Shown piece by piece: positions 18,105-30,521 of a stretch of DNA of 64,000 nt; the first letter of the stretch is position 1, and the number at the start of each line of letters is the position of its first letter. The stretch covers positions 58,797 to 122,796 of the forward strand of contig JAFRGL010000005.1 of NCBI GenBank assembly GCA_017433825.1. Reading direction: 5' to 3'. The position numbers and the translations under genes were made by a program. Source of the stretch: Eubacterium sp. (GTDB lineage Bacteria > Bacillota > Clostridia > Lachnospirales > Lachnospiraceae). The notes beneath the pieces were generated by a model. The model was not told the DNA's origin, did not search any database, and saw nothing but the letters and a program-made list of their open reading frames with translations.

Positions 18105-18788
18105 ATGATCACATTGGAAGGCGTTACAAAAAGCTACGATGCGGGCCATCCGGCGATAGACAACATTTCCCTGCATATCGACAAGGGTGAATTCGTCTTC
18201 GTCGTGGGAGCTTCAGGCTCCGGAAAGTCCACATTCATCAAGCTTCTTCTGAAAGAACTTGATGCCACAAAAGGAAGCATCACCGTTAACGGGCAGAAGC
18301 TTGACACACTGAAACCGAAACAGATTCCCAAGTACCGCAGGGGACTGGGCGTCGTATTCCAGGATTTCCGTCTTTTAAAGGACAGGAATATTTACGAAAA
18401 CGTTGCCTTTGCCCAGCGGGTCATTGAGAAGCCAAACCGTACCATCAAAAGAAGGGTTCCCGAAGTGCTGACTCTGGTCGGCCTGGCGGACAAATACAAA
18501 TCCTTCCCCCTTGAGCTGTCAGGCGGTGAGCAGCAGCGCGTGGCCCTGGCCAGGGCTTTGGTAAACCGGCCGGACATCCTGCTGGCAGACGAGCCCACCG
18601 GCAACCTCGATCCGAAGAACTCGGCCGAGATTATGAAGCTTCTGGAGGAGATCAATATCCGCGGAACGACGGTAGTCGTGGTAACCCACAACAGGGAGAT
18701 CGTAAATGCCATGCGCAAGCGTGTAATCCGTCTTCGGAAAGGCGTCATTATCAGCGACGAAAAAGAAGGTGTTTACATTGAGGATTAG
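18105..18788 (+). CDS. ftsE: cell-division ABC transporter ATP-binding protein FtsE
   Basis: Walker [10 protein letters not shown], signature LSGGEQQRV, Walker [13 protein letters not shown]. 227 aa, followed by ftsX. Confidence 0.9.
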   Translation: MITLEGVTKSYDAGHPAIDNISLHIDKGEFVFVVGASGSGKSTFIKLLLKELDATKGSITVNGQKLDTLKPKQIPKYRRGLGVVFQDFRLLKDRNIYENVAFAQRVIEKPNRTIKRRVPEVLTLVGLADKYKSFPLELSGGEQQRVALARALVNRPDILLADEPTGNLDPKNSAEIMKLLEEINIRGTTVVVVTHNREIVNAMRKRVIRLRKGVIISDEKEGVYIED

Positions 18789-19698
18789 TACAGTAGGCTA
18801 CAGCGCAAGACAGGGTATTAAAAATATCGGAAGAAACAAGATGTTCTCCGTAGCGTCCATTGCTACAATGTGCGCCTGTATCTTCCTTTTCGGCCTTTTC
18901 TTCTCGATTGTGCTGAACTTCAGCTTTATCCTGAAGAATATCGAAACAAATGTCGGCATTACCGTCTTCTTTGACGAGGGACTGCCTCAGAGTGAAATCA
19001 ACAAAATCGGCCAGGACATCCTCAATCAGGTGGACGTGGTTAAGGAATGCAATTACATTTCCGCCGACGAAGCCTGGGCTTCCTTCGCCGACCGTTATTT
19101 CGACGGCAATGAAACCGCCGCGGAAGGCTTCAAGGACAACAAGGACAACCCGCTGGCCAATTCCGCCCACTACGAGGTGTACGTCTACCAGATTGAGCAG
19201 CAGAATGATCTGGTGGAAATGATCAAAGCCATGCCGGGGGTCAGGGATGTAAAACAGTCGGAGCAGGCCTCGAAGGCCCTGACCGCCGTCAATAAGATGG
19301 TGGCCACCATCTCCGTCATCGTTATCTGCGTACTGCTGGTGGTATCCGTCTTCCTTATCGGCAATACCGTTGCCATGGGTATTGCGGTCAGAAGGGAAGA
19401 GATCGCCATCATGAAATACATCGGCGCCACGAATGCCTTCATACGGCTGCCCTTCTTCCTGGAGGGTATCATCATCGGCTTTATCGGCGCGGCTATCCCG
19501 CTGGTGGCCCTGTATTTCCTGTACCAGAAGGCAGTGGAATACATCCTGCACCGGTTCTCCGTCATCGGTGATTTCATGAACGGCCTGATGCCGGTCAACC
19601 AGGTGTTTATCATCCTGATTCCGGTAGGCCTGATTCTGGGTATGCTCATCGGTTTCATCGGAAGCTCGATTACCATCCGGAAGCATCTGAATGTCTGA
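18769..19698 (+). CDS. ftsX: cell-division permease-like protein FtsX
   Basis: 309 aa. One N-terminal TM, an extracytoplasmic domain, then three C-terminal TMs. Overlaps the ftsE stop. The exact start (GTG 18769 or TTG 18778) is uncertain. Confidence 0.85.
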   Translation: MFTLRISTVGYSARQGIKNIGRNKMFSVASIATMCACIFLFGLFFSIVLNFSFILKNIETNVGITVFFDEGLPQSEINKIGQDILNQVDVVKECNYISADEAWASFADRYFDGNETAAEGFKDNKDNPLANSAHYEVYVYQIEQQNDLVEMIKAMPGVRDVKQSEQASKALTAVNKMVATISVIVICVLLVVSVFLIGNTVAMGIAVRREEIAIMKYIGATNAFIRLPFFLEGIIIGFIGAAIPLVALYFLYQKAVEYILHRFSVIGDFMNGLMPVNQVFIILIPVGLILGMLIGFIGSSITIRKHLNV

Positions 19699-19764
19699 TA
19701 TCAGCCGAAGGAAGTGCGAAAGCACTTCCTTCACGGTTTATTGAAAGAAGTCTGATTGGGAAAC

Positions 19765-20934
19765 ATGGACAACGAAGAATATACAGAAGTTAAGAAAAGC
19801 AGGAGAAAAACGGCTGGCGCTTTTATCCTCGGCGTTATTGTGGCGCTGGCGGCCGGCATACTGATTAATCTCGTGCATGCCCGGTCCGGAAGTCCGGACA
19901 CGCCTCATTCCCGGGAATCCATACAGAAAATCCAGGCCATCGAGGATGTGATTGCAGACAAATACATGGGGGAAGTGGATAACCAGAAGCTGACAGATTA
20001 CATGATGCTGGGCCTGGTTTCCGGACTGGAGGATCCGTATTCCACCTATTATACGGAAAAGGAATACGAGATGGTGCAGCAGAACCAGAACGGCGTATTC
20101 AAGGGCATCGGTGCCACCATCACCCTCCGGGAAGAAGGCTATCATGAGATTACGGACATCATTCCCGGCTCCCCTGCGGAGAAGGTTGGCCTTGCCGCAG
20201 GTGACATCATCCTTTCCGTGGACGGCGCCCCCTGCGCGGGACTGACCCTGACGGAAGTGGTCTACAGTATCCGGTATTCGGAAGATGACGTGGTAACCAT
20301 TGTGGTTAAGAGAGGGGATGAGGAATTGTCCTACGATATCACAAAGGATTATATCAATGATATTTCCGTCCGTTATGAGATGCTGGACGACAATATCGGC
20401 TATCTCAGGCTGACTGCCTTCAACGGCAATACGCCGGAACAGTTCGCCGACGCGATGAAAGACCTGTTAAAGGTTCAGAAGGCGGAAAGGCTGATTATCG
20501 ACCTTAGGGGCAACCCCGGCGGACTGCTGTCCAGCGTCTGCGATATCTGCAACCAGATTCTGCCCGAAGGGCTTATCTGTTATGCGGAAGACAAAAAGGG
20601 CAACCGGGAAGAATACTACAGTGACGGCGAAAACGAACTGAAGCTGCCCTGCGTGGTACTGATTAACGGGGACAGCGCCAGCGCTGCGGAAATATTCTCC
20701 GGCGCCGTCCAGGATTACGGTAAGGCCGTGCTGGTGGGCACCACGTCCTTCGGCAAGGGCATCATACAGAATGCCTACAAGCTTTATGACGGCAGTGTTC
20801 TTAAGCTGACCATTGCCCACTATTATACGCCCAACGGCCGTGATATCCACGGTGTGGGAATTGAGCCCGACGTAACAGAAGAAGACCCGGAAAAGCAGCT
20901 GGATGCCGCCATCCGGGAAGTGAAAAAGCTGTAA
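19765..20934 (+). CDS. S41-family carboxy-terminal processing peptidase with PDZ domain
   Basis: PDZ region (GSPAEKVGLAAGDIILSVDG), S41 motifs IIDLRGNPGG and LINGDSASAAEIFSGA...GKG. N-terminal TM anchor. The start could instead be the TTG at 19756. Confidence 0.85.
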   Translation: MDNEEYTEVKKSRRKTAGAFILGVIVALAAGILINLVHARSGSPDTPHSRESIQKIQAIEDVIADKYMGEVDNQKLTDYMMLGLVSGLEDPYSTYYTEKEYEMVQQNQNGVFKGIGATITLREEGYHEITDIIPGSPAEKVGLAAGDIILSVDGAPCAGLTLTEVVYSIRYSEDDVVTIVVKRGDEELSYDITKDYINDISVRYEMLDDNIGYLRLTAFNGNTPEQFADAMKDLLKVQKAERLIIDLRGNPGGLLSSVCDICNQILPEGLICYAEDKKGNREEYYSDGENELKLPCVVLINGDSASAAEIFSGAVQDYGKAVLVGTTSFGKGIIQNAYKLYDGSVLKLTIAHYYTPNGRDIHGVGIEPDVTEEDPEKQLDAAIREVKKL

Positions 20935-20951
20935 ACATAATATACAGGCTG

Positions 20952-21002
20952 AAATCAGGAAAACCGCCGCATTTGATGTAAAATGCGGCGGTTTCCTGAT
21001 TT
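20952..21002. terminator. long bidirectional terminator hairpin between the S41 protease gene and uvrB
   Basis: AAATCAGGAAAACCGCCGCATTT-GATGTA-AAATGCGGCGGTTTCCTGATTT, a stem of about 22 bp with one bulge. Confidence 0.8.
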
Positions 21003-21009
21003 ACTGCCT

Positions 21010-22986
21010 TCAGTGCAGGTATTTCCTGCATTCCAGCATCTGGTCACGCAGCTCGGCGGCTTCCTCGAAATTCAAATCCGCGGCAGCTTTGCGCATCTGC
21101 TTTTCGATGCGGGCAATCAGCTTTTCCAGTTCCTTGCGGCTCATGGACTCCGGATCCTTTTCCAGGTTTACGCTGGTTGCTGCGATTTCTTTCTTAATGC
21201 TGATAAGGTCCCTTACCGCCTTCTGGATGGTGGTGGGGGTTATATTGTGCTCTTTATTGTATTCTTCCTGCAAAGCGCGCCTTCTGGCGGTTTCGTCCAT
21301 GGCGTATTTCATGGAATCGGTGATATTGTCTGCGTACATGATAACCCGGCCTTCCGAGTTCCTGGCAGCCCGGCCGATGGTCTGGATGAGGGAGGTGCCG
21401 GAACGCAGGAAGCCTTCCTTGTCCGCGTCCAGGATGATGACCAGGGCGATTTCGGGAATGTCCAGGCCCTCCCGCAGCAGATTGATGCCCACCAGCACGT
21501 CGAATTCGTCCAGACGCATGTCACGGATAATCTTCGTACGCTCCAGGGCGTCAATATCGGAATGCAGGTACCGCACCCGGAGGTCGGCGCCTTTCATGTA
21601 ATCGGTAAGGTCCTCCGCCATCCTTTTGGTCAGTGTGGTTATCAGCACCTTGTGGTGTGCGGCGGTTTCCTTGCGGACTTCTCCGATAAGGTCGTCAATC
21701 TGGCCTGCGGAAGGCCGTACCTCCACGGCCGGGTCCAGAAGGCCTGTGGGCCGGATCACCTGTTCTGCCCGCAGCAGCTCATGGCCTTCCTCGTACTCAC
21801 CGGGGGTGGCGGAGACAAAGAGCAGCTGGTTGATGCGGTCTTCGAATTCCGGAAAGCTCAAAGGCCGGTTGTCCAGGGCGGAGGGCAGGCGGAAGCCGTA
21901 ATCCACCAGGGTGGTTTTCCTGGAACGGTCGCCGGCGTACATGCCGCCTATCTGGGGCACGGTCTTGTGGGACTCGTCAATGATAATCAGGAAATCGTCC
22001 GGGAAGAAATCCATCAGCGTGTAGGGCGGTTCCCCCGGCTGCAGGCCGGACAGATACCGGCTGTAGTTCTCGATGCCGGAGCAGACCCCGGTGTCCCGCA
22101 GCATTTCCACGTCGAAGGACGTCCGTTCCTCGATGCGCTGGGCTTCCAGCAGCTTGTCTTCGTGTTTGAAGTATTTCACCCGTTCCGCCAGTTCCTCTTC
22201 GATCTCGTCACAGGCTTTGTTGATGGTTTCCTGGGGCACCACATAGTGGGAGGCAGGGGCGATGGCCACATAGTTCAGATCCGCCAGCACCTGGCCTGTC
22301 AGGAGGTCCGTGGTGCAGATGCGCTCGATTTCATCCCCGAAGAATTCAATCCGGACGGCAGTTTCGCTCCTTTCCGCGGGCACCACTTCCAGCGTGTCGC
22401 CGCGGACCCGGAAGGTACCCCGGTGGAAGTCCATTTCATTCCGCTCGTACTGGATGTCGATCAGCTCCCGTATTACCTCATCCCTGTCTTTTTCCATGCC
22501 GGGACGCAGGGAAATGATCATTTTTTCATAGTCCTTCGGGCTTCCCAGGCCGTAAATGCAGGAAACCGAACTGACCACGATGACATCCTTCCTTTCCATT
22601 AAAGAAGAGGTGGCGGAAAGCCTGAGCTTGTCGATTTCGTCATTAATGGAAGAATCCTTGGCAATATAGGTATCCGAAGAAGGTACGTAGGCTTCCGGCT
22701 GGTAATAATCATAATAGGAAACGAAATACTCCACCGCGTTTTTCGGGAAGAATTCCTTAAATTCGCTGTACAGCTGCGCCGCCAGGGTTTTATTGTGGGC
22801 AATAATCAGTGTGGGCACATTTAAGGCAGCGATTATATTGGCCATGGTGAAGGTTTTTCCGGAACCGGTAACACCCAGGAGGGTTTCAAACTGGTTGCCG
22901 GACTGAAAGCCTGCCACGAGCTCTTTTATGGCCTCCGGCTGGTCGCCGGTGGGCTTATAAGGCGATACAAGTTCGAAATGATCCAT
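21010..22986 (-). CDS. uvrB: excinuclease ABC subunit B
   Basis: 658 aa. [13 protein letters not shown] Walker A, helicase motifs (DESH, TATP-like SATPG), C-terminal UVR domain ([12 protein letters not shown]). The 539-aa antisense ORF 20983..22602 is rejected. Confidence 0.96.
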   Translation of the reverse strand: MDHFELVSPYKPTGDQPEAIKELVAGFQSGNQFETLLGVTGSGKTFTMANIIAALNVPTLIIAHNKTLAAQLYSEFKEFFPKNAVEYFVSYYDYYQPEAYVPSSDTYIAKDSSINDEIDKLRLSATSSLMERKDVIVVSSVSCIYGLGSPKDYEKMIISLRPGMEKDRDEVIRELIDIQYERNEMDFHRGTFRVRGDTLEVVPAERSETAVRIEFFGDEIERICTTDLLTGQVLADLNYVAIAPASHYVVPQETINKACDEIEEELAERVKYFKHEDKLLEAQRIEERTSFDVEMLRDTGVCSGIENYSRYLSGLQPGEPPYTLMDFFPDDFLIIIDESHKTVPQIGGMYAGDRSRKTTLVDYGFRLPSALDNRPLSFPEFEDRINQLLFVSATPGEYEEGHELLRAEQVIRPTGLLDPAVEVRPSAGQIDDLIGEVRKETAAHHKVLITTLTKRMAEDLTDYMKGADLRVRYLHSDIDALERTKIIRDMRLDEFDVLVGINLLREGLDIPEIALVIILDADKEGFLRSGTSLIQTIGRAARNSEGRVIMYADNITDSMKYAMDETARRRALQEEYNKEHNITPTTIQKAVRDLISIKKEIAATSVNLEKDPESMSRKELEKLIARIEKQMRKAAADLNFEEAAELRDQMLECRKYLH

Positions 22987-23043
22987 AGCAGTCTCCTTTC
23001 AGTAAGACTCTAACATGAAGGCAGAAAAACGGCAATATTTTTC

Positions 23044-23072
23044 TTGACAAGGATTGGCCGTATTAGTATAAT
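23044..23072 (+). promoter_or_regulatory. consensus sigma-70 promoter of the str operon
   Basis: TTGACA (23044-23049), exactly 17 nt, then TATAAT (23067-23072), about 95 nt upstream of rpsL. Confidence 0.8.
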
Positions 23073-23168
23073 AATCGGGCGTGCATGCGAATGCACTGTT
23101 TTTTAGTGTGCGCAAAACAAATTAAAAAAAGCAGCCTGCACAACGAGAAAAATAAGGAGGAATCAGGA

Positions 23169-23585
23169 ATGCCGACTTTTAACCAGTTAGTACGTAAAGG
23201 CCGTGAGACATCCGTCAAAAAGTCAACCGCGCCGGCTTTGCAGAGAAGCTTCAACTCTCTCAAGAAGAAATCCATGGATATTTCTTCCCCGCAGAAGAGA
23301 GGCGTATGTACTGCCGTTAAGACCGCTACACCGAAGAAGCCGAACTCAGCGCTCCGTAAGATCGCCAGGGTACGTCTTTCCAACGGTATTGAGGTTACAA
23401 GCTATATCCCCGGCGAAGGCCACAACCTTCAGGAGCACAGCGTTGTCCTCATCCGTGGCGGCAGAGTAAAAGACCTTCCCGGTACCCGTTACCACATCAT
23501 CCGTGGTACGCTGGATACCGCAGGCGTAGCAAACCGCAGACAGGCCCGTTCCAAATACGGCGCCAAGAGACCGAAAAAGAAATAA
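23169..23585 (+). CDS. rpsL: 30S ribosomal protein S12
   Basis: [13 protein letters not shown]...[10 protein letters not shown]...[12 protein letters not shown]-like sequence. Start at the ATG at 23169, after AAGGAGG. The longer track ORF from 23085 is rejected. Confidence 0.96.
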   Translation: MPTFNQLVRKGRETSVKKSTAPALQRSFNSLKKKSMDISSPQKRGVCTAVKTATPKKPNSALRKIARVRLSNGIEVTSYIPGEGHNLQEHSVVLIRGGRVKDLPGTRYHIIRGTLDTAGVANRRQARSKYGAKRPKKK

Positions 23586-23720
23586 TACAAACTGATTGGA
23601 AATAAGTATCACGGTTATGGTTGCCCGTTTCGGCGGTGGTTCCGACCTGAAAAAAGGCTGCTTTTAGGTATAAACGGAAAAACCGGCGCAAAACACATGC
23701 CAGGCTTCATTTCAGAATGA

Positions 23721-24254
<534 letters not shown>

Positions 24255-24266
24255 GGAGGTTAACCG

Positions 24267-26381
24267 TTGGCTGGAAGAGATTATCCGTTAGAGCGTACGC
24301 GTAACATCGGTATTATGGCTCATATCGATGCAGGCAAGACCACTCTTACCGAACGCATCCTTTACTATACCGGTGTTAACTACAAGATTGGGGATACTCA
24401 CGAAGGCACGGCCACCATGGACTGGATGGAGCAGGAGCAGGAAAGGGGTATCACCATTACCTCTGCTGCAACAACCTGTCACTGGACACTCCAGGAATTC
24501 GGTAAGAACAAACCGGGGGCACCGGAACACCGCATTAACATCATTGATACGCCCGGACACGTGGACTTCACCGTAGAGGTGGAACGATCCTTACGCGTAC
24601 TGGACGGCGCTGTCGGTGTTTTCTGTGCCAAAGGCGGTGTAGAGCCTCAATCTGAGAACGTATGGAGACAGGCTGACACCTATCATGTTCCCCGTATGGC
24701 ATTCATCAACAAGATGGATATCCTCGGGGCTGATTTCTACGGTGCAGTAGAACAGATTAGGACAAGATTAGGCAAGAACGCCATTATTACCCAGCTTCCC
24801 ATCGGCAAGGAAGATACCTTCAAAGGCATTATTGATTTGTTCGAAATGAAGGCTTACATCTACCATGACGACAAGGGAGACGACGTGGAGGTCACAGACG
24901 TCCCGGCGGAAATGGCGGACGATGCCGAGCTTTATCGCTCAGAGCTGATTGAGAAGATCTGCGAGCTGGACGACGATTTGATGGAACAGTTCATTATGGA
25001 CGAGATTCCGGATGTGGCCGACCTGAAGGCAGCACTCCGCAAGGCTACCTGCGAAAGCAGGGCGGTGCCGGTATGCTGCGGCTCTGCATACAGGAACAGG
25101 GGCGTTCAGAAGCTTCTGGACGCGGTTATCGAATACATGCCCGCTCCCATTGACATCCCGCCCATTGAGGGCACGGACCTGGACGGCGAGCCCATCGTGC
25201 GCCATTCCTCTGATGAAGAGCCTTTCTCCGCTCTGGTATTTAAAATCATGACTGACCCCTTCGTGGGCCGTCTGGCATATTTCAGAGTGTATTCCGGAAC
25301 CATGAATTCCGGTTCCTACATCCTGAATGCCACAAAAGACAAGAAGGAACGTGTGGGACGTATCCTTCAGATGCACGCCAACAAGCGTGCGGAACTGGAA
25401 AAGGTTTACTCCGGCGACATCGCGGCCGCTATCGGGTTCAAATTCTCCAGCACGGGCGACACCATCTGCGACCCCGCCTCTCCGGTTATCCTGGAGTCCA
25501 TGGAGTTCCCGGATCCCGTTATCGAGCTGGCCATTGAGCCCAAGACCAAAGCCGGTCAGAACAAGCTGGGTGAAGCCTTATCCAAGCTGGCCGAAGAAGA
25601 TCCCACGTTCCGGGCTTCCACGAATCCCGAAACCGGCCAGACCATTATCGCCGGCATGGGCGAGCTGCATCTGGAGATTATCGTCGACAGGCTTTTGCGT
25701 GAATTCCACGTTGAGGCGAACGTAGGCGCTCCCCAGGTTGCTTACAAGGAGACCATCACCGCAGAGGCGGACGTGGACAGCAAGTATGCGAGACAGTCCG
25801 GCGGCCGCGGCCAGTACGGCCACTGCAAGGTGAAATTCTCCCCCATCGATGCCAACGCCGAAACCACTTACGAATTCGAATCCACGGTGGTGGGCGGCGC
25901 GATTCCCAAGGAATATATTCCTGCAGTGGGAGAGGGTATCGAGGAAGCCATGCGGTCAGGTATCCTGGGCGGATATCCGGTCGTGGGTGTTCATGCCAAT
26001 GTTTACGACGGTTCCTACCACGAAGTGGACTCCTCGGAGCTGGCTTTCCATATCGCAGGTTCCCTTGCTTTCAAGGAAGCCATGGCAAAGGCCAAACCCG
26101 CATTGCTGGAGCCCATCATGAAGGTGGAGGTTTCCACGCCGGAATCCTATATGGGTGATGTAATCGGCGATATCCAGTCAAGGCGCGGCCGTATCGAAAG
26201 CCTTGACGACGTGGGCGGCGGAAAGATGGTGCGTTCCTTCGTACCGCTTTCGGAAATGTTCGGCTATGCCACCGACCTGCGTTCCAAAACCCAGGGCCGC
26301 GGAAACTATTCCATGTTCTTCGATCACTATGAAAAAGTGCCGAAGAATGTACAGGACAAGCTGCTGGATTCCGGCAGATAA
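24267..26381 (+). CDS. fusA: translation elongation factor G
   Basis: [26 protein letters not shown]. 704 aa. TTG start after AAGGAGG. Confidence 0.96.
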   Translation: MAGRDYPLERTRNIGIMAHIDAGKTTLTERILYYTGVNYKIGDTHEGTATMDWMEQEQERGITITSAATTCHWTLQEFGKNKPGAPEHRINIIDTPGHVDFTVEVERSLRVLDGAVGVFCAKGGVEPQSENVWRQADTYHVPRMAFINKMDILGADFYGAVEQIRTRLGKNAIITQLPIGKEDTFKGIIDLFEMKAYIYHDDKGDDVEVTDVPAEMADDAELYRSELIEKICELDDDLMEQFIMDEIPDVADLKAALRKATCESRAVPVCCGSAYRNRGVQKLLDAVIEYMPAPIDIPPIEGTDLDGEPIVRHSSDEEPFSALVFKIMTDPFVGRLAYFRVYSGTMNSGSYILNATKDKKERVGRILQMHANKRAELEKVYSGDIAAAIGFKFSSTGDTICDPASPVILESMEFPDPVIELAIEPKTKAGQNKLGEALSKLAEEDPTFRASTNPETGQTIIAGMGELHLEIIVDRLLREFHVEANVGAPQVAYKETITAEADVDSKYARQSGGRGQYGHCKVKFSPIDANAETTYEFESTVVGGAIPKEYIPAVGEGIEEAMRSGILGGYPVVGVHANVYDGSYHEVDSSELAFHIAGSLAFKEAMAKAKPALLEPIMKVEVSTPESYMGDVIGDIQSRRGRIESLDDVGGGKMVRSFVPLSEMFGYATDLRSKTQGRGNYSMFFDHYEKVPKNVQDKLLDSGR

Positions 26382-26522
26382 GGAAAGGCAGACTGAAGCC
26401 TTACCAAATACAGTTTTTGCTTGCATAACAGGGGAAAATCAAATATAATGTTTCCCGCAGGCTTTTATCAATTAAAACAATATTCTATTATTTAAAGATT
26501 CCCTAAGGAGGACAATTCAAAA

Positions 26523-27716
26523 ATGGCAAAGGCTAAATTCGAAAGAAGCAAACCCCATTGTAACATTGGTACCATCGGCCACATCGACCATGGCAAAACC
26601 ACCCTTACCGCTGCCATCACCAAGACCCTGCATGAGAGACTCGGACTTGGCCAGTTTGTAGCGTTCGATGCTATCGACAAGGCTCCCGAAGAGAAGGCCC
26701 GTGGTATAACGATCTCCACCGCTCATGTTGAGTACGAAACCGCTAACCGTCACTACGCTCATGTAGACTGCCCCGGACATGCTGACTATGTAAAGAACAT
26801 GATCACCGGTTCTGCTCAGATGGACGGCGCTATCCTCGTTGTTGCTGCTACCGATGGTGTTATGCCTCAGACCAAGGAGCACGTTCTCCTTTCCCGTCAG
26901 GTAGGCGTTCCCTACATCGTAGTATTCATGAATAAGTGCGATATGGTTGATGATGAAGAGCTTCTCGAGCTGGTTGACATGGAAATCCGTGACCTCTTGA
27001 ACGAGTATGACTTCCCGGGCGATGACACCCCGATTATCCAGGGTTCCGCTCTTATGGCTCTTGAAGACAGCTCAGGCGTTTGGGGCGACAAGATCCTTGA
27101 GCTCATGGACGCTGTTGACAGCTGGGTTCCGGATCCCGTACGTGACACCGACAAGCCGTTCCTTATGCCCGTTGAGGACGTATTCACCATCACCGGCCGT
27201 GGTACCGTTGCTACCGGCCGTGTAGAGCGTGGCGTTCTGCATGTAAACGAGCCCGTTGAAATCGTTGGTATCAAGGAAGAGCCCAGAGCCACCGTATGTA
27301 CCGGTATCGAGATGTTCCGTAAGCTGCTTGACGAAGCGCAGGCCGGCGACAACATCGGCGCCCTTCTTCGTGGCGTTCAGAGAACCGAGATTCAGCGTGG
27401 TCAGGTTATTGCCAAACCCGGCACCGTTACCTGCCATAAGAAATTTACGGCTCAGGTTTACGTTCTGACCAAAGATGAAGGCGGCCGTCATACCCCGTTC
27501 TTCAACAACTATCGTCCGCAGTTCTACTTCCGTACAACGGACGTTACCGGCGTTATCTCCCTGCCGGCCGGCACCGAGATGTGCATGCCTGGTGATAACG
27601 TAGAGATGACCATCGAGCTGATTCATCCCATCGCTATGGAGCAGGGTCTTACCTTCGCTATCCGTGAAGGCGGACGTACTGTAGGATCAGGCCGTGTTGC
27701 TTCCATCATCGAGTAA
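26523..27716 (+). CDS. tuf: translation elongation factor Tu
   Basis: [45 protein letters not shown]. 397 aa. Confidence 0.98.
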   Translation: MAKAKFERSKPHCNIGTIGHIDHGKTTLTAAITKTLHERLGLGQFVAFDAIDKAPEEKARGITISTAHVEYETANRHYAHVDCPGHADYVKNMITGSAQMDGAILVVAATDGVMPQTKEHVLLSRQVGVPYIVVFMNKCDMVDDEELLELVDMEIRDLLNEYDFPGDDTPIIQGSALMALEDSSGVWGDKILELMDAVDSWVPDPVRDTDKPFLMPVEDVFTITGRGTVATGRVERGVLHVNEPVEIVGIKEEPRATVCTGIEMFRKLLDEAQAGDNIGALLRGVQRTEIQRGQVIAKPGTVTCHKKFTAQVYVLTKDEGGRHTPFFNNYRPQFYFRTTDVTGVISLPAGTEMCMPGDNVEMTIELIHPIAMEQGLTFAIREGGRTVGSGRVASIIE

Positions 27717-27738
27717 TACGTTAAAACCTAAATAAAAT

Positions 27739-27775
27739 AAAGGCTTTCAGGGATATCCCTGAAAGCCTTTTTTCA
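27739..27775 (+). terminator. intrinsic terminator of the str operon
   Basis: AAAGGCTTTCAGGG-ATAT-CCCTGAAAGCC followed by TTTTTT. Confidence 0.85.
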
Positions 27776-27798
27776 TCTCCGAAAGAGCGCCGGATGAA

Positions 27799-27829
27799 AG
27801 AAAGCCCGGCTTTTTCAAACCGGGCTTTC
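27799..27829 (-). terminator. intrinsic terminator for the minus-strand S41 lipoprotein gene
   Basis: Minus strand reads GAAAGCCCGG-TTTGAAAAA-GCCGGGCTTTC followed by TTTCAT. Confidence 0.6.
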
Positions 27830-27864
27830 AATGCAGTGTTTTCTTTCTGCAGATTCCTTACAGG

Positions 27865-29715
27865 TTACTTAAGGTTGTTGATGTATTCTGTAAGTGCCTT
27901 TCGATCAAAGAAGGAATCTGCTTTGGAGAAAGCAATATCAGGTTCGATACCTTGATCAATATTATAGAAAGAACCATTTTTAACGGTTGCCAGCTGTTTT
28001 GTCCCGGACATCTGGAAAATGGTTCCGGAAGCGGAGGTGCAAGGCAATACCACACAGGATCCCCCGCCGGAACACTGTCCAATCAATGTCACCTGACCGG
28101 ATGCTTTGAAGGCTGCGGGTACCAGGTTGCCGCATGAGAATGAAACTCCGGATTCCAGACAGTACAGGTTATATTTCATAGAATTCAGAAGGCTGTCATT
28201 TCCATCAATGGTGCCATCAAGATTGATATCTGCCATATAGCTCATGATCGTCTCTGATCCTGTTTTGACATCCCGAACAGCAATGTTTGCTTCTCCAAGG
28301 AACCAGCTGATGACGAATACTGCTGCAGTTGCTGCCCCGCCGCCGTTCATGGAAAGATCGAGCACGACGTTTTCGACAGGGCTGCCTTCCCGTCTGATCT
28401 GCTGGTTTGCATAGCTGATGAGCTGTATGGTATCCTTAGCCGGATCGATTTCTTTCAACTCATAATACTTATCTAAATCCTCATATTCCATGGTAAAGCC
28501 ATTGAAGGTTATGAAAGCAGTATTGCCGATTTCTTCATATCCGGGCACACCCTCCGGGTAATACTTGTTGCTGGCAGCAGCGAACATGATCTGTGAAAGG
28601 AACTTGGCCTTGGTGGATTTGCCCATGGAACTGAACAGCTGCATGTTTATTTCTTCTGAATTGTCCCCGCTCATCCACGAATTCTTGGAGAATGCACTGT
28701 GTCCATCATCCATATACTCCAATGTAAGCTTGATCATTGCATTATCAAACTCCACAGGATCAGTATTGTGGTAGAGACCATTCAGTTCTGCGCCGTTATA
28801 CTGCACCATGCTCCGGAAGCTTTTAATGTTATGCTCCTCTTTAAGGCCATAGAAATTATCCAGCAGCAGCATCAGCTCATTGGAGTTAAATGCTGCATAT
28901 TCCGGACTCATCTCCTGAGGCTTTGCTGTGTACATTTCGTTAATAAAATCCGTACCATAAGCGGCGCAGATGAGTTTTTCCCCGTTAAAAACCAGATAAA
29001 TGTACTGCTCGCTTAACAGAAGATCATTCATGGTCTGCAGGGGAACATAACATTCGTCGCCTTCGGAGATCATGTCTATGTTATAATCAGCAAGTGAGAT
29101 TCTGAGGAATTCGCCAAACTGGTTGAAACTCGCTGAAGAAGCCCGGAACATTTTCGAGACACCGGAGTTCTGCTCTCCTTTGCCGGGTTCAGGAAGATCC
29201 ATCACCGTCACTAAAGCTGTCGCACCGGCATCATTCGTAAAATTGCTGCCGGATAAAGTAATAGTATCCTCTTTGGTGTTGAAAACCAGATAGCTGTCAT
29301 TATCTGAACGCGTCACCGTGAAGGTGTTCTCAATTTTCCCCGGAGTAATAATTGAATATTCAATCTCACCTTTATTTATAGCGCTGAACAGTTCAGTCAT
29401 CATTGGAATATAGTCAGAAATCCTGACATACGGGATGTCGCCGCCGTTTATAAAAAACAGGGTCATATCGCTTTCAACGGGCTCTTCTGAGTCATCAAAG
29501 CAGCGCTGCATTGGATATGTTTTTCCTTCAATCGTATAAGATACGGCTTCTTCATCATCTGGCATTTCTGACTGAACCGGTTCAGACGCTGTTTCCCGGG
29601 CAGACTGCCCGCTTTGGCCCTCATTAATTGAAGCAGCCTGGTCAGCGCCGCATCCGGCCAAAGATAAAGCCATTACAGCAGTTAAGGCTAATGCCAACAC
29701 TTTATTTAGTTTCAT
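27865..29715 (-). CDS. S41-family peptidase-like lipoprotein
   Basis: Start at the ATG at 29713-29715 (MKLNKVLALALTAVMALSLAGCGA, a lipobox), with GGAGGA 8 nt upstream. S41-like motifs VVLDLSMNGGG and GVSFSCGNLVPAAFKASG. The gene is clearly AT-richer than both flanks. Confidence 0.75.
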   Translation of the reverse strand: MKLNKVLALALTAVMALSLAGCGADQAASINEGQSGQSARETASEPVQSEMPDDEEAVSYTIEGKTYPMQRCFDDSEEPVESDMTLFFINGGDIPYVRISDYIPMMTELFSAINKGEIEYSIITPGKIENTFTVTRSDNDSYLVFNTKEDTITLSGSNFTNDAGATALVTVMDLPEPGKGEQNSGVSKMFRASSASFNQFGEFLRISLADYNIDMISEGDECYVPLQTMNDLLLSEQYIYLVFNGEKLICAAYGTDFINEMYTAKPQEMSPEYAAFNSNELMLLLDNFYGLKEEHNIKSFRSMVQYNGAELNGLYHNTDPVEFDNAMIKLTLEYMDDGHSAFSKNSWMSGDNSEEINMQLFSSMGKSTKAKFLSQIMFAAASNKYYPEGVPGYEEIGNTAFITFNGFTMEYEDLDKYYELKEIDPAKDTIQLISYANQQIRREGSPVENVVLDLSMNGGGAATAAVFVISWFLGEANIAVRDVKTGSETIMSYMADINLDGTIDGNDSLLNSMKYNLYCLESGVSFSCGNLVPAAFKASGQVTLIGQCSGGGSCVVLPCTSASGTIFQMSGTKQLATVKNGSFYNIDQGIEPDIAFSKADSFFDRKALTEYINNLK

Positions 29716-29985
29716 TATAAAGTCCTCCAAACTGTTTAACCCACCCGCTCTGTCATGGCTTGCTTTTTTCTTCCTGCGGTGAGTTTTTATAAAGCTTCCT
29801 GATTCCCTTGTCCTTCCTTAACAGGGATACTCATATTAAATTATATTTTATACCAGTTATATGCATATCCGCAAGAAATATCTGCTGTTTTAAGTGATTG
29901 TGAGATTCAAAAACCGGTTAGACAATTCCCGGATAGTATGCTTAAATAGCATGTATAAAGAAGGAAACTTTCAGAGGGGTAACCG

Positions 29986-30501
29986 ATGATCTCAATTATT
30001 GTGGCGCGTTCGGAGAATAATGTGATAGGCAAAGGCGGCCGGATTCCCTGGAAGATCAAAGGGGAACAGCGGCAGTTTAAGGAGCTGACCCGGGGCAGTG
30101 CGGTCATCATGGGCCGGAAATCCTATGAAGAAATCGGCCATCCGCTGCCGGACAGGCTTAATATTGTGATATCCTCGACGCAAAACTTTACCGGGGATAA
30201 CCTGATAACCGTGAAGTCCCTGGCGGAAGCCTTAAAGGCAGCCGGCAGCCGGGAAATCTTTGTGGCAGGCGGGGCAGGACTGTTCGAAGAAGCCCTGCCG
30301 CTGGCGGATAATCTGTATATCACGGAAGTCCATCTTACCGTCGAGGACGGGGATACTTTCTTTCCGGCATTTGATCCGTCGGCGTTTACCCTTGAAACCG
30401 GGGAAACAAAAACCGGGGAAATGCTGTCTGCGGAAGCGGAATCCATTAAAAGAGAGGCAGCCTATACAAGAACCGTCTACCGGCGGAAAAGCAAAGAATG
30501 A
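29986..30501 (+). CDS. folA: dihydrofolate reductase
   Basis: MISIIVARSENNVIGKGGRIPWKIKGEQRQFKELT...VIMGRKSYEEIG...VAGGAGLF, the classic DHFR pattern with a short C-terminal extension. Confidence 0.9.
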   Translation: MISIIVARSENNVIGKGGRIPWKIKGEQRQFKELTRGSAVIMGRKSYEEIGHPLPDRLNIVISSTQNFTGDNLITVKSLAEALKAAGSREIFVAGGAGLFEEALPLADNLYITEVHLTVEDGDTFFPAFDPSAFTLETGETKTGEMLSAEAESIKREAAYTRTVYRRKSKE

Positions 30502-30521
30502 TTTAAAGGGAGGAAAAACGA

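Noticed and set aside
20983-22602. 539-aa ORF on the + strand
   Set aside because: It lies entirely antisense to an unmistakable uvrB. The translation is low-complexity (Gly/Val/His/Gln-rich) with no recognisable motifs, which is typical of long stop-free antisense frames in GC-rich coding DNA.
29731-29985. Looked for a THF riboswitch upstream of folA and a SAM/T-box element upstream of the homocysteine methyltransferase-domain gene (56223-56237)
   Set aside because: I could not recognise any conserved riboswitch core sequences. The leader of the latter gene is only 15 nt.
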